Assembly (NCBI GenBank): GCA_965207445.1
Contig: CBDBLX010000002.1
Span: 1,815,849 to 1,879,848, forward strand
Length of the DNA: 64,000 nt
From: Nitrosopumilus sp.
GTDB lineage: Archaea > Thermoproteota > Nitrososphaeria > Nitrososphaerales > Nitrosopumilaceae
Reading direction: 5' to 3'
The notes below the pieces were generated by a model that saw only the letters and a list, made by a program, of their open reading frames with translations, was not told the origin of the DNA and made no database searches. This document shows, in pieces, positions 29,532 through 40,203 of this stretch. Numbering within the stretch: the stretch's first letter is position 1; each line of letters starts with the position of its first letter. The translations under genes were made by a program, and so were the position numbers.

Positions 29532-30923
29532 CAGTAGTTCGCAATGTGCTCAATTTTTAATGATCTTATTTCTAATTATGCAGTACGACAGATTTACAAT
29601 GGTAAGGAACCACCGTGCGCCAATTCCCACCAAAGCAGTCTTCTGATTGATCCGGCAATTGAATCTACAAACGCATCCATTGTGAATAATTTTTCATCTA
29701 CAAGTCCGCCGTAATTTTCGTACCTTGCCATTGCTCACAAGCCATACAACAGCATTCCAAAAAATATCAACAGTAATCGAAGCTGCAAGGCGTTGCTAGT
29801 TGTCTTTGGAGTCGTGTTTTTTATCACTCTGTATCCCGTCTCTATTATCCAGCGCTTGCGATAAGTCTCTGGGATGGTTTTGATGAGTTTGCTTTTGCTA
29901 GTGATTTTCATATTTGTGGCAAATGCTACATACTGATCAACTGTTTTATCAGTTTCTTTGGCAGTGTTTTTTTCTTGACAACAAGTAATGTAAACTTGCT
30001 GCCTTTTTGTTTTTATCACGCATCTCAATGACTGATGCAGTTTTTCTCTTTTTGTTGTGAACTTCTAAAATATATTTTTGTATGCGCTTATTTTTAATTG
30101 CCGGCATTATGAAAGACAGGCGCAAGCGCAAAAGTTCATCTATGCATGCAACATTGTAAAAACCCCGATCAAAGAGGCCAAGTTCCGGACGTGCATCCTC
30201 TCGAATTAATTTTTCAATGATTTTACGCATGACTGTGACCATTTTATCCTTACTGGTCACACGATGTGCAAACAAAGGTATGTTACCTGCTTGATTTACC
30301 ATTTGTGCCGTCATAAATGAATGAAATCTCGCAGTACCATTTTTGGGCTTTGTTTTTAGCATCTCAGGTTTGAGTGCCTTGCCATAATATTCCCACCCGG
30401 TCATATCAATTGCAATAGTGCCACCTTTTTTGACCATGTTGTGTTTTTTGGCATTCTTGAGCATTGCTTTGACATTCTCGTCACCCCATTGTTTTACTTT
30501 CTCTAGATCTGCACTTTTTAGGCATTTGAGCACAGTATTTTCAGATGGTATGTTTATGCGCTCGTTTTTTCTAAAATAGTTAGCCTCATTGCGTTTTCTT
30601 TTGTGTGTTGCTGCATTTACGCACATGTTGTTGAGTGACATGGTAGCAAGTGTCCCAAGATAATCATCCGCACCATATTTGCTGTTATATCTAGTTGATA
30701 TGTCTAGTCCGAGATCGATGAATCGTTTTCGTAAAACTTTATAATTTACTTGTCCTAATTCATATTGATGTTCTAATACCTCATTTTTCATATATTGTCA
30801 GAGGTACTAAAATGTCCCCACATATTATACTTTCTATTTGATCTGATTAAATATGATCATCAACGTTCAACGATATTGTAGATTATTTAAATAAAATCAT
30901 ATAAAACACATTGCGAACTACTG
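29532..30923 (-). mobile_element. ISH3-type (IS4 superfamily) element, copy 1, transposase inactivated
   Basis: 17-bp inverted ends CAGTAGTTCGCAATGTG. Homologous to 51623-53012. Frameshifts near 29970-30000 and TGG->TGA at ~29735. Confidence 0.9.
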
Positions 30924-30924
30924 A

Positions 30925-31005
30925 GTTGTCTGTTCAACCATTTTCCAAATTTAGACACATATTCACCGCATAACGTCTGGCGCAAACACAAGATTGAACG
31001 ATTAC
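30925..31005. mobile_element. 81-bp MITE family, degenerate copy abutting the ISH3 end
   Basis: GTTCAAC...CAAATTTAGACAC...TAACGTCTGGCGCA...TTGAACGATTAC. Confidence 0.78.
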
Positions 31006-31156
31006 GTTTTCATTACAATTTTCACATATTGATCATCAATTATGATCAGTTTTTTAATTTTTGTCAAATTTTGAACTAGCAACATCAAAAATTATATTCA
31101 TTTTTAAAAAATAAAATAAATACAAGCAAACCATAATATGAATATATATCTAATAC

Positions 31157-31732
31157 ATGCTACATACTAAAGGTAACTATAATCATCATAACTCGCACAA
31201 AAATGCGTTTATAACCATCAAACAAATGTACAATGATGTGAGCGACAACAAAAGTCAAAACAACATGAACATGGAGCAGAAAGTTGAGCAGATGGCAAAT
31301 ACACTAAAAATCATAGAACAACAACTAGAGCAAACTATCAAAAGTCAAGAGCATGCAATTAGAGTACGTGCAGATATGCAGAATGCAATTGAATCGGCAA
31401 AACAGATCAAAGACAATGAAAAAAACACAACAACAGAATCATTGCAACCACATGATATCCATCTTAGTATAGGTGGAGGCATGTTTGTTTCAGCAAAAGT
31501 TTCTGCATCAAATAAAATACTACTTGACATTGGTTCAGGAGTAATGATAGAAAAAGATCTTGAATACGCTTTAAATTACTTTGAGAACAATATACGAGAA
31601 ATCGAAATCGTGATCAAAAATACAGATGCAGAAAGACAGAAACTTGTCCATTACGTAGAACAATACAGAATGCAATTGAACCAAGCAGTTCAATCAATGT
31701 ACGGTGTCCCAGGCACGAGTGGGAATGTTTGA
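31157..31732 (+). CDS. pfdA: Prefoldin alpha subunit
   Basis: Coiled coils flanking beta-hairpins LSIGGGMFVSAKV and ILLDIGSGVMIEK. The true start is probably further in (31226-31271). Confidence 0.88.
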   Translation: MLHTKGNYNHHNSHKNAFITIKQMYNDVSDNKSQNNMNMEQKVEQMANTLKIIEQQLEQTIKSQEHAIRVRADMQNAIESAKQIKDNEKNTTTESLQPHDIHLSIGGGMFVSAKVSASNKILLDIGSGVMIEKDLEYALNYFENNIREIEIVIKNTDAERQKLVHYVEQYRMQLNQAVQSMYGVPGTSGNV

Positions 31733-33545
31733 TAAACTATACAGTGCATTTGCCAAAGCGGCAAAGAGCTTGGGGGAAAAAGAACTAAATGAAAAAGATA
31801 TCGATAATGTACTCTTTGATCTTGAGATGTCACTCTTAGAGGCAGATGTTGCAAGTGAGGTAATAGATGAGATAAAATTAGATATTAAAAGAGATCTCAT
31901 AGGAACAAAGGTTGAAAAATCCATAGTGCAAGACACAATACAAAATACACTAAAAACCAGCATATTATCACTATTTGATGCTACAGGTAAAATAGACATC
32001 ATGGGCATGATAAATGAAAAGAAAGAGAGAGGCGAGCCGTTCTTGATTTTATTTGTAGGTATAAATGGCACGGGAAAAACAACATCACTTGCAAAGTTTG
32101 CATACATGTTACAACAAGCAAAATATTCAGTTGTAGTAGCAGCATCTGATACGTTTAGAGCAGGTGCAATAGAACAGCTCAAAGAGCATACAAAGAGACT
32201 CAACATAAAGATTGTCGCGCAAAACTACAACTCCGATCCAGCAGCAGTTGCAAGAGATGCAGTCTTGTATGCAAAAGCTCACAAGACAGACTGCGTATTG
32301 ATTGATACTGCAGGTCGCATGCAGACAAGTAAGAATTTGATGGAACAGATTGCAAAGATCACAAAAGTTGTAAATCCAGACATTAAGATATTTGTCGGTG
32401 ATGCATTAGCAGGAAACGATACTGTGAATCAAGCAAGGGAGTTTTATGAACATACTAAATTTAACGCATCCATATTGACAAAAGCAGATGCAGATGCTCG
32501 TGGAGGCGCAGCACTATCAATTGTAAAGGTTACATCAGCACCCATCATATACGTTGGTGTAGGACAAGAGTATCAAGACTTGAAACCATTTGACAAGAAT
32601 GTATTTCTAAATATTGTATTTGGAGATGCAGATAAAAGTACACACAGTGCACAGGTGACAAAAGAAGAGATAGTAAGTGAAATACCTGTAAAAGAAGAGA
32701 TAATAAAACAGACAAATCTCAAAACACAAGAGTTGGATTCAGATACAAAGTTAGCAAGAGAGCAATTACAAGTATTAAATACAGAATCAGCAGAAGATTT
32801 GATAAAAGTCAAGCCTAATAAAATATCAAAAACAACACAATCATCAATTGAATCAGAATCAGAACCGTTGCAATCCATAGCACAGTCATTTCCACCATCT
32901 ACAACATCAACAACACAATCACCTACAGCATCTACACCACCAGAGCCAGAACCGCAACAACTGCAATCACCTACAGCATCTACACCACCAGAGCCAGAAC
33001 CGCAACAACTGCAATCACCTACATCATCTACACCACCAGAGCCAGAACCGCAACAACTGCAATCACCTACATCATCTACACCACCAGAGCCAGAACCGCA
33101 ACAACTGCAATCACCTACATCATCTACACCACCAGAGCCAGAACCGCAACAACTGCAACATACATCTCAACCACAACCATCCGCTGAATCCAAAGAATCA
33201 CACTCAACAAATGATGAACCACAATCATATGATCCATTTTATGGTATATCAGATGAAGATATTACCAGATACTCTGAGATATTTAATGTTGAACCGCCAG
33301 AAAATGATAAAGATGCACACAAGATGGCAAACAAAATCAGAGAGTGGCTCAAAGACAGATCAGATGAGAATACAAAATACACATCAACACAAGATTACAA
33401 CAAACAAGATAAAGGTGAGATAAAAACAACTCAAAATGAGACACACGACAGCAACAGTAAAGGTAACATACACGAAATAGACAATAAAGACAAAAAAGAG
33501 ACACCAAAAAAGAGACGAGGCATGTTTGGATTTTTCAAGAGGTAA
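31725..33545 (+). CDS. ftsY: SRP receptor FtsY with long C-terminal Pro/Gln/Ser-rich extension
   Basis: GINGTGKTT, DTFRAGAIEQL, DTAGR, TKAD, GVGQ. ATG at 31725 (MFDKL). Confidence 0.95.
   Translation: MFDKLYSAFAKAAKSLGEKELNEKDIDNVLFDLEMSLLEADVASEVIDEIKLDIKRDLIGTKVEKSIVQDTIQNTLKTSILSLFDATGKIDIMGMINEKKERGEPFLILFVGINGTGKTTSLAKFAYMLQQAKYSVVVAASDTFRAGAIEQLKEHTKRLNIKIVAQNYNSDPAAVARDAVLYAKAHKTDCVLIDTAGRMQTSKNLMEQIAKITKVVNPDIKIFVGDALAGNDTVNQAREFYEHTKFNASILTKADADARGGAALSIVKVTSAPIIYVGVGQEYQDLKPFDKNVFLNIVFGDADKSTHSAQVTKEEIVSEIPVKEEIIKQTNLKTQELDSDTKLAREQLQVLNTESAEDLIKVKPNKISKTTQSSIESESEPLQSIAQSFPPSTTSTTQSPTASTPPEPEPQQLQSPTASTPPEPEPQQLQSPTSSTPPEPEPQQLQSPTSSTPPEPEPQQLQSPTSSTPPEPEPQQLQHTSQPQPSAESKESHSTNDEPQSYDPFYGISDEDITRYSEIFNVEPPENDKDAHKMANKIREWLKDRSDENTKYTSTQDYNKQDKGEIKTTQNETHDSNSKGNIHEIDNKDKKETPKKRRGMFGFFKR
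32916..33155 (+). repeat. 48-bp coding tandem repeat x5 (QSPT[A/S]STPPEPEPQQL)
   Basis: Five units differing only at one G/T position. Confidence 0.95.
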
Positions 33546-33549
33546 TAAA

Positions 33550-34461
33550 ATGAGACTCGGTACAAAAGACATACTCACATTATCAGAACTAACATCAAAA
33601 GAATTCTCATCACTTATACGACAATCAATTAAACTTAAAGCAGAAAAAAAGAGAAAAAAGTCGCACACCAACATACTCAAAGACAAGTCACTTGTTATGA
33701 TATTTCAAAAACCATCTACAAGAACACGCGTAAGTTTTGAGATCGGCATGAAACAACTAGGAGGCCATACAGTCAACTTGGCAGCAAGTGATATGCAGCT
33801 TGCACGCGGTGAGACGATACAAGACACTGCAAAAACACTTTCTAGATATGCCGATGGTATAATGGCACGTGTATATGAACATGACACAATAGAGTGTTTG
33901 GCACAATATTCTGCAATTCCAGTAATTAATGGACTGTCGGATATGTTTCATCCGTGTCAAATTCTAGCAGACTTTATGACGATAACAGAGAAAAAGGGCA
34001 AGACTAGTAACATAAAGATCTCATGGATTGGAGATGGTAATAATGTCTGTAATTCTATGATTTACGGAGCAGTCCTTACAGGAGCATCAATGTCAATAGC
34101 AACACCAAAAAAACACCAACCTGCAAGCAGTGTGATAAAATATGCACAAAAAAATACACAGATAGAAATAACAACAGATCCTGCAACAGCAGCAAAAGAT
34201 GCAGATGTCATCATAACTGACACGCACAATTCGATTCATAACAAAAATCCAAATCGTATCAATGTATTTTTACCAAAATATCAAATAACCCAAAAGATAA
34301 TGTCTATGGCAAACCCAGACGCAATATTCATGCACTGTTTGCCTGCAAAACGTGGACAGGAAGTCACAGCAGATGTGATTGACGGTCCTCAATCAGTAGT
34401 ATGGGACGAAGCAGAGAATAGATTGCACACACAAAAAGCTCTCCTTGCATCTCTACTATAA
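33550..34461 (+). CDS. argF: Ornithine carbamoyltransferase
   Basis: PSTRTRVSFE, HPCQ, GDGNNV, FMHCLP, EAENR. ATG at 33550. Confidence 0.96.
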   Translation: MRLGTKDILTLSELTSKEFSSLIRQSIKLKAEKKRKKSHTNILKDKSLVMIFQKPSTRTRVSFEIGMKQLGGHTVNLAASDMQLARGETIQDTAKTLSRYADGIMARVYEHDTIECLAQYSAIPVINGLSDMFHPCQILADFMTITEKKGKTSNIKISWIGDGNNVCNSMIYGAVLTGASMSIATPKKHQPASSVIKYAQKNTQIEITTDPATAAKDADVIITDTHNSIHNKNPNRINVFLPKYQITQKIMSMANPDAIFMHCLPAKRGQEVTADVIDGPQSVVWDEAENRLHTQKALLASLL

Positions 34462-35208
34462 AAATACATAAAATTGTATGTATATGTTGTATGTATATGT
34501 TGTATGTATATCTTGTATGTATATATTGTGTATATATTGTATATATGTATGTATTGTATATATGTATATATTATACATAGATTATATAAAATACACATTA
34601 TTTATCAAAGATAGTAAAAAGATGTGTCAGAATTAAATATCAGAATAACAAAAGATAACATGTAAATGCAAACAACCACTTGGCAAATGCAACGGTTTAC
34701 ACACTAGTTTATTACCATAGTGATAAAAATGAAACAAGACAACTCATCAAATGAATCAATTCATCCCTACTCCATACTAATCACAGGTGCAAGAGGATTC
34801 ATAGGTGCAAAACTAGTCACGTATTTTACAGAACACGGCATAAAAGTAAAGGCCATGAGCAGACAACAAATTGCAGATACAAATAGTGTCAAGTATGTAA
34901 AAGCAGATGCATTTAATGTAAAAGAGATGACACATGCACTCAAAGACGTTGATGTTGCATACTACCTGCTACATTCAATGGAAGGCGACAAACAACAATG
35001 GGAGGACTTTGCAGTTAGAGAAGAGATACAGGCGCAAAACTTTGTTAAAGCGGCAACTGCATCAAACGTCAAGAGAATAATTTATCTTGGAGGGTTGACA
35101 AGTGACACATCACATCTCTCAAGACACATGCAGAGTAGAAGAGATGTTGGTAAAATTCTTGCAAGTACACACATTCCAGTAACAGAGTTGCAAGCATCAA
35201 TCATTATA

Positions 35209-36896
35209 TAGCGACGAGCATAAGTCCATGTACACCAATTTTACACGATTTTATGCCTGAAAAGATCATATGTAAAAATATTGTATTTTGAAAGCGTTAC
35301 ATCTGTTTTTAATATGAATATATACATTTCAGGTGTGCATTGTAAAAAGTGCAGTGTGTATACCATGCCAAAGAAATTAGTACTTTATACTTTGCTAGTT
35401 TGTAATTGGCGAATATGCTGCGTTACCGCAAAAATTTTGCGGCACGCTTAGGCGTGCCTAATTTTAGGAAAGTTTTAAATGATCAATTTATTTACTATGG
35501 TATGGACATACTTGAGCAGCTGTCGAAGATAAGAAAAACCGAAAAAGACGGTCGTGTCGTACGCAGATTGTGCATGTTGATTTTGTTTCTTAGTTTGGGT
35601 ACATTTAGTGATACTGGACGAAAACACAGCTGCGATAGAAGAACAGTTTCAATGTGGTGGCACAGATTAAAGGCTGCAAGAAAGACACCAAAAGGTATTC
35701 GAGATGCATTATCAGACAAACCTAGATCAGGATGTCCGACAAAAGTTGACAGAGCCATACTTGATAAAGTAAGACAATGGTGTGATGGCAAAGGTTTTGA
35801 ATCTATTGAAATATCTGATAAGATATTTGAGTTGTCAGGTACACGGCTAAGTATAACACAAGTTCGAAGATACATGAGACAGTGGAAATGCTCAAAGAAA
35901 AAGACAGAACCAATTGAGATCAATCGTGCCAAGATGACAACTGTTCGAGTTTGGAGATATCGACTCTTTAAAACACTAGAAAAGTTTAGCAAAAAAGGAT
36001 ACACAATAGTGACAATGGATGAATCACACATTCGAGATTCTGAGAGGTCACGTAAGTTTTGGTCAAAAGTGGGAGTACGCATATACTCGTTTTGGAGTGG
36101 GAATCATCATAGATTCAGCATGCTGTGTTCAATGACATCAACTGGAGAATTATTCTATAATTCCTGTAGCACTGCAAACACTGCCTCATTTTTGGAGCAT
36201 GTTGATCGTATGTATCAAAAAATTGGAAAGATGGTGCTTGTTCTTGACAGAGCAACATATCACACCTCAAATGATGCAATGAAATATTTCAAAAACCACC
36301 CGGACATTATGTTAGTGTGGTATCCAGTAGGGCATCCGTACCTAAATCCTGTTGAGGAACTGTGGGGCGTACTCAAATTATCAATCAACAATTCTATAAG
36401 ATATGCAACTGTTGATGCACACAAAGAAGCAGTATTCAAATTTATCAACGAATACATGTTTGATTATAATTTTACCAAATTCTGGAAACGAAAACCGCCC
36501 AAAGGGGTAATGCGTCCAATCGTCAGATTGGAAGGTGAACTGAGTTCTGAAGCAGAGAAATGTAACATAACCGTCCCGATAGCAACAACAACAAAAACAA
36601 AAAAGAAAAAGACAAACTAGCAATATGAAATTGCATTATTGCTCAGGTACATCTTCTCTCAACATGGTTATCGCTACACGTAAGCACACATCGTAATCAT
36701 CCATCTCAATCTTGAATTGTATTCCATTCTTTGGTGTATGATTGTGCATATTGCAACATATTGCCATAATTTTGAACATGAAAATAGTCATATTGTGGTT
36801 TCCTGTAACGTTTTCACAATTGGACTTTGCCACATGTGATTATTTCAGGCACGAAATCACAAAAATTCACTGTACAGAAACTTATGCTCGTCGCTA
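35209..36896 (+). mobile_element. IS630-family element with TA target duplication
   Basis: 17-bp inverted ends TAGCGACGAGCATAAGT. TA at 35207-35208 and 36897-36898. Confidence 0.92.
35406..36620 (+). CDS. IS630-family transposase
   Basis: DKPRSGCP, MDES, LVLDRATYH, PYLNPVEELW (DDE triad). Confidence 0.92.
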   Translation: MANMLRYRKNFAARLGVPNFRKVLNDQFIYYGMDILEQLSKIRKTEKDGRVVRRLCMLILFLSLGTFSDTGRKHSCDRRTVSMWWHRLKAARKTPKGIRDALSDKPRSGCPTKVDRAILDKVRQWCDGKGFESIEISDKIFELSGTRLSITQVRRYMRQWKCSKKKTEPIEINRAKMTTVRVWRYRLFKTLEKFSKKGYTIVTMDESHIRDSERSRKFWSKVGVRIYSFWSGNHHRFSMLCSMTSTGELFYNSCSTANTASFLEHVDRMYQKIGKMVLVLDRATYHTSNDAMKYFKNHPDIMLVWYPVGHPYLNPVEELWGVLKLSINNSIRYATVDAHKEAVFKFINEYMFDYNFTKFWKRKPPKGVMRPIVRLEGELSSEAEKCNITVPIATTTKTKKKKTN

Positions 36897-37991
36897 TAGG
36901 TGCCGAAGGCAGTTCATATGCAATGTTACGCTATTTGGTTGAACGACTGCCATTTATGGTCTGCCCAAAATGGGTCAAATCACTAGCACAACCAATATCA
37001 GTTGTTGATGTAGTTGCATATTTGGCAAAATGTGCCAAACATCATAATAAAACCGCAGGACAAATATTTGAAATTGGAGGGCCAGATATACTCAGCTATG
37101 AAGAGTTAATGAGAACATATGCAAAGTATCTTGGCAAAAGTATCAAAATCATACAGATTCCGATTCTCACTACTAGACTCTCTTCATATTGGGTGGATTT
37201 AGTGACTCCTGTCAAAGCATCGCTAGCAAGGCCACTAGTTGAGAGTTTAGTGCACAATACTATAGTGAGTGATAACAGTATTACAAAGATAATACCATTG
37301 AAACTGCAGACAGTCACAGAGGCAATTGATTCTGCAACAAAAGAAATGTCCCAAAAAAATCAGATTAAAAAGTCAGATGGTGAAAAGACAGACTATTTGA
37401 CAAACCAACGAGTTCTTATGATTCTGCTTCCCATATTGGGACTAATTGGGACGAGTTATTATTGGCCATATATGAGCCCAGAGATACATAATATCATATT
37501 GGTGCTAGCATCAATTGTATGGTGTGCGGGAGTTGTGTTTGCAATTCGTTTTGTACACGTCAAAACTAGACTAGGGTATCTTTTAGCAGGTATCTTGTCA
37601 TGGATGGCATTAGGGTTTTGGATATTTGACAGTGCTTATTGTATACTTGATGTATCAATAATTTGTAAAGAGTACATATCAGACATAACTGTTATTCGAA
37701 ACATTATAGGAATTGCAACTGCTATTGCATGTGTGGCCGCATCTCATAATGCATTTCACAAGATTCGCAGGTATCAACATAGAGGCACTCCGATCATAGT
37801 ACAAAAATAACACATGACCATATATTGCGTATTACAATTATCATTACTCACATATAAAACACGTATGAATTAGTCTTACAACACAACAACAACAACAATC
37901 CAAACAGTACAAATACACGATAAATTTTTTCTCAAGTTTCCAAAACAAAATACTATAACGTATATAAGGACAAGTCAAAGGTTGGTTTCTA

Positions 37992-38480
37992 TTGGCACAT
38001 GCAAAGATATTGCGCAGATTAAGAGAAGAAAAAACAAATTACAAGAAACGATCCACTATGCTTATGGGAAGACGAGACTTTGTCACTGTAAATATTTCAA
38101 ATGAAAATACCCAAGTACAAATATTAAAGCCAGGCATGACAGGGGATACAGTCATAGCATCTGCCCACTCTAGATATCTACTAAAACGAGGCTGGAAGGG
38201 ATCAAGAAAGAGCCTCTCTGCAGCATATCTTACAGGATATGTGGCAGGCAAAAGAGCAGTTAGTAAGGGAGCTGCAGATGCCATACTATACACTGGAACC
38301 AAAAAATATACCCAAAGAATGGCAGCAGCACTCAAAGGCACAATAGATGCAGGGATGAGTGTGCCTGCAGGGGACAACGCCTTTCCACCAGATGAGAGGA
38401 TAAATGGGGAGCATTTAGCTATAAAAAATGATGTTGAGAAGATTAGATCTGAGATAGATAGTCAGGAGGTAGCAGTATAG
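37992..38480 (+). CDS. rpl18: 50S ribosomal protein L18
   Basis: RREEKTNY-like start, GDTVIASAHS, AAYLTG, RINGEH. Confidence 0.95.
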   Translation: MAHAKILRRLREEKTNYKKRSTMLMGRRDFVTVNISNENTQVQILKPGMTGDTVIASAHSRYLLKRGWKGSRKSLSAAYLTGYVAGKRAVSKGAADAILYTGTKKYTQRMAAALKGTIDAGMSVPAGDNAFPPDERINGEHLAIKNDVEKIRSEIDSQEVAV

Positions 38481-39203
38481 ATGAGTCAACAGCAGCAAGT
38501 AGCATCACGTTCAGCGTCACAATCATCATCATCATCATCATCACCATCACAAAGAGGTTATGGTGGCAAAGGCACCTCAAGGGATAGACCAAGACGAAGA
38601 CGTGAGACAGAAGAAGAGATATGGATACCAAAGACCATATTGGGTAAAAAGGTCGCATCTGGTGAAATTACATCACTAGAGTCCATAATAGAGCAAGGAT
38701 TAAGAGTACAAGAAGAAGGAATAATCAAAAAGTTGCTACCAGACTTGAAAACCGAAGTAGTAGATGTCGGTATTATACAAAAAATGACATCAAATGGGCA
38801 GTCAACAAGATTCAAAGCAATCGTAGCTGCAGGAAACGAGAACGGTTATCTTGGAATAGGACAAGGTAAATCAAAGCAGATGAGAATTGCAATTGGAAAA
38901 GCAACGAGTCAGGCGTATCTGAACGTCAGTCCCATAAAGTTGGGATGCGGTAGTTGGGAGTGCAGGTGTGATCAAAAACACTCTGTTCCATTTCGTGTAA
39001 AGGGCAAAGGCGGAAGCGTGACTATAGAGATTATACCAGCACCACGCGGACTCGGACTTGTTGCAGGTGGCAAGATAAAACGTCTATTAGAGTTAGCAGG
39101 ACTAAAGGATGCATGGACCACGGCAAAAGGCTCTACGCCTACTATGAACTCTACATCAAAAGCTATACTGAACTGTCTTAGACAGACGTTCAGCCAAGGG
39201 TGA
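38481..39203 (+). CDS. rps5: 30S ribosomal protein S5
   Basis: WIPKTILGKKV, GCGSWEC, PAPRGLGLVAG. Poly-Ser N-terminal tract. Confidence 0.96.
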   Translation: MSQQQQVASRSASQSSSSSSSPSQRGYGGKGTSRDRPRRRRETEEEIWIPKTILGKKVASGEITSLESIIEQGLRVQEEGIIKKLLPDLKTEVVDVGIIQKMTSNGQSTRFKAIVAAGNENGYLGIGQGKSKQMRIAIGKATSQAYLNVSPIKLGCGSWECRCDQKHSVPFRVKGKGGSVTIEIIPAPRGLGLVAGGKIKRLLELAGLKDAWTTAKGSTPTMNSTSKAILNCLRQTFSQG

Positions 39204-39706
39204 CTGAGATGAGTAGTACAAACTCTACTGGCAATTCTGGAGCATATTTGGTCGTTAGGATAAGGGGACAGGCAGATGTCCCATACTGGGCAACACATAC
39301 AATGTCAATTATGAAATTAGAGCGCAAGTATAGAGCAACCATACTGCCTGCAAAAGATAATACTCTAGGTATGTTAAACAAGGTAAAGCATTACATATCA
39401 TGGACCAAACTAAATCCTGAATTGGCACAAGAGATACTAGAGAAAAAGGCACGCAAGTCAGGATATCACAAGGTCACGCAAGAGGATATTGTAAAACTTG
39501 GATTCAAAGATATAGCAGATGTGGCATCTGCACTATGTAATGGTAGTGCAACACTCTCAAAGTTAAAGCCTTTAAAGCCATGGTTTGCACTTGCGCCACC
39601 AAGACACGGATTCAGACGCAGTACAAAACGACTAGCAGGTCAAAAAGGCATACTTGGAAACAACAGTGATCTAGGTGAGATAGTACGTAGGATGATGATT
39701 GTATAA
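39200..39706 (+). CDS. rpl30: 50S ribosomal protein L30
   Basis: YLVVRIRG, GMLNKVKHYISW, LAPPRHGF. Operon position. Confidence 0.94.
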   Translation: MTEMSSTNSTGNSGAYLVVRIRGQADVPYWATHTMSIMKLERKYRATILPAKDNTLGMLNKVKHYISWTKLNPELAQEILEKKARKSGYHKVTQEDIVKLGFKDIADVASALCNGSATLSKLKPLKPWFALAPPRHGFRRSTKRLAGQKGILGNNSDLGEIVRRMMIV

Positions 39707-40203
39707 TGGCAACTAGACTACGAAAAACAAGAAGGCTCAGAGGAGGTCGCCACATGGGATGGGGTCAAGTCGGACAACATCGTGCAAGTGGTCACCAAGG
39801 TGGCTTGGGTGTGACGGGCATGCTAAAACACCATTACAGTAGTATGCTCAAATATGATCCGAACCATTACGGTCACAACTCTACAAAGCCCCCGCATCCA
39901 AATGTAACAAAAAAGTGGGCATCTGTGAGGGATTTAGATGATCTCTATGCAAGGTATGGTACTGTTTTGGGTGGTGATAATGGTGGTGGCAATAATGATA
40001 ATGCAACCAATGACAATGATAGTAATAGTAGTGGGAACAACAACAACAACAACATACTTGACTTAAAGTCGGCAGGATACCAAAAATTGCTCGGTGGAGG
40101 GAGTGTAAAAGGCGCATATACAATCAAGATTCCCAAGTTTACTGCCGCAGCAGCAGAAAAGGTAAAGGCGGCAGGCGGGGAGGTTTTGTCTGCCAATGGC
40201 TGA
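39706..40203 (+). CDS. rpl15: 50S ribosomal protein L15 with Asn/Gly-rich insertion
   Basis: RKTRRLRGGRHMGWG, KLLGGG, AAEKVKAAGGEV. Confidence 0.95.
   Translation: MATRLRKTRRLRGGRHMGWGQVGQHRASGHQGGLGVTGMLKHHYSSMLKYDPNHYGHNSTKPPHPNVTKKWASVRDLDDLYARYGTVLGGDNGGGNNDNATNDNDSNSSGNNNNNNILDLKSAGYQKLLGGGSVKGAYTIKIPKFTAAAAEKVKAAGGEVLSANG

Larger units (their letters stand above)
34720..37810 (+). pseudogene. YbjT-like NAD(P)-binding SDR protein with C-terminal TM helices (466 aa) interrupted by IS630
   Basis: TGARGFIG, AYYLLHSM, RIIYLGGL. Joining 34720-35208 to 36899-37810 restores ...QASIII|GAEGSSYAMLRYLVERLP. Confidence 0.9.

Noticed and set aside
3444..38480. rpl32e-rpl19e separated from rpl18 as an IS-caused rearrangement
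   Set aside because: From memory this split, with pckA, sod, ftsY and argF in between, also occurs in Nitrosopumilus-type genomes, so it is probably ancestral.
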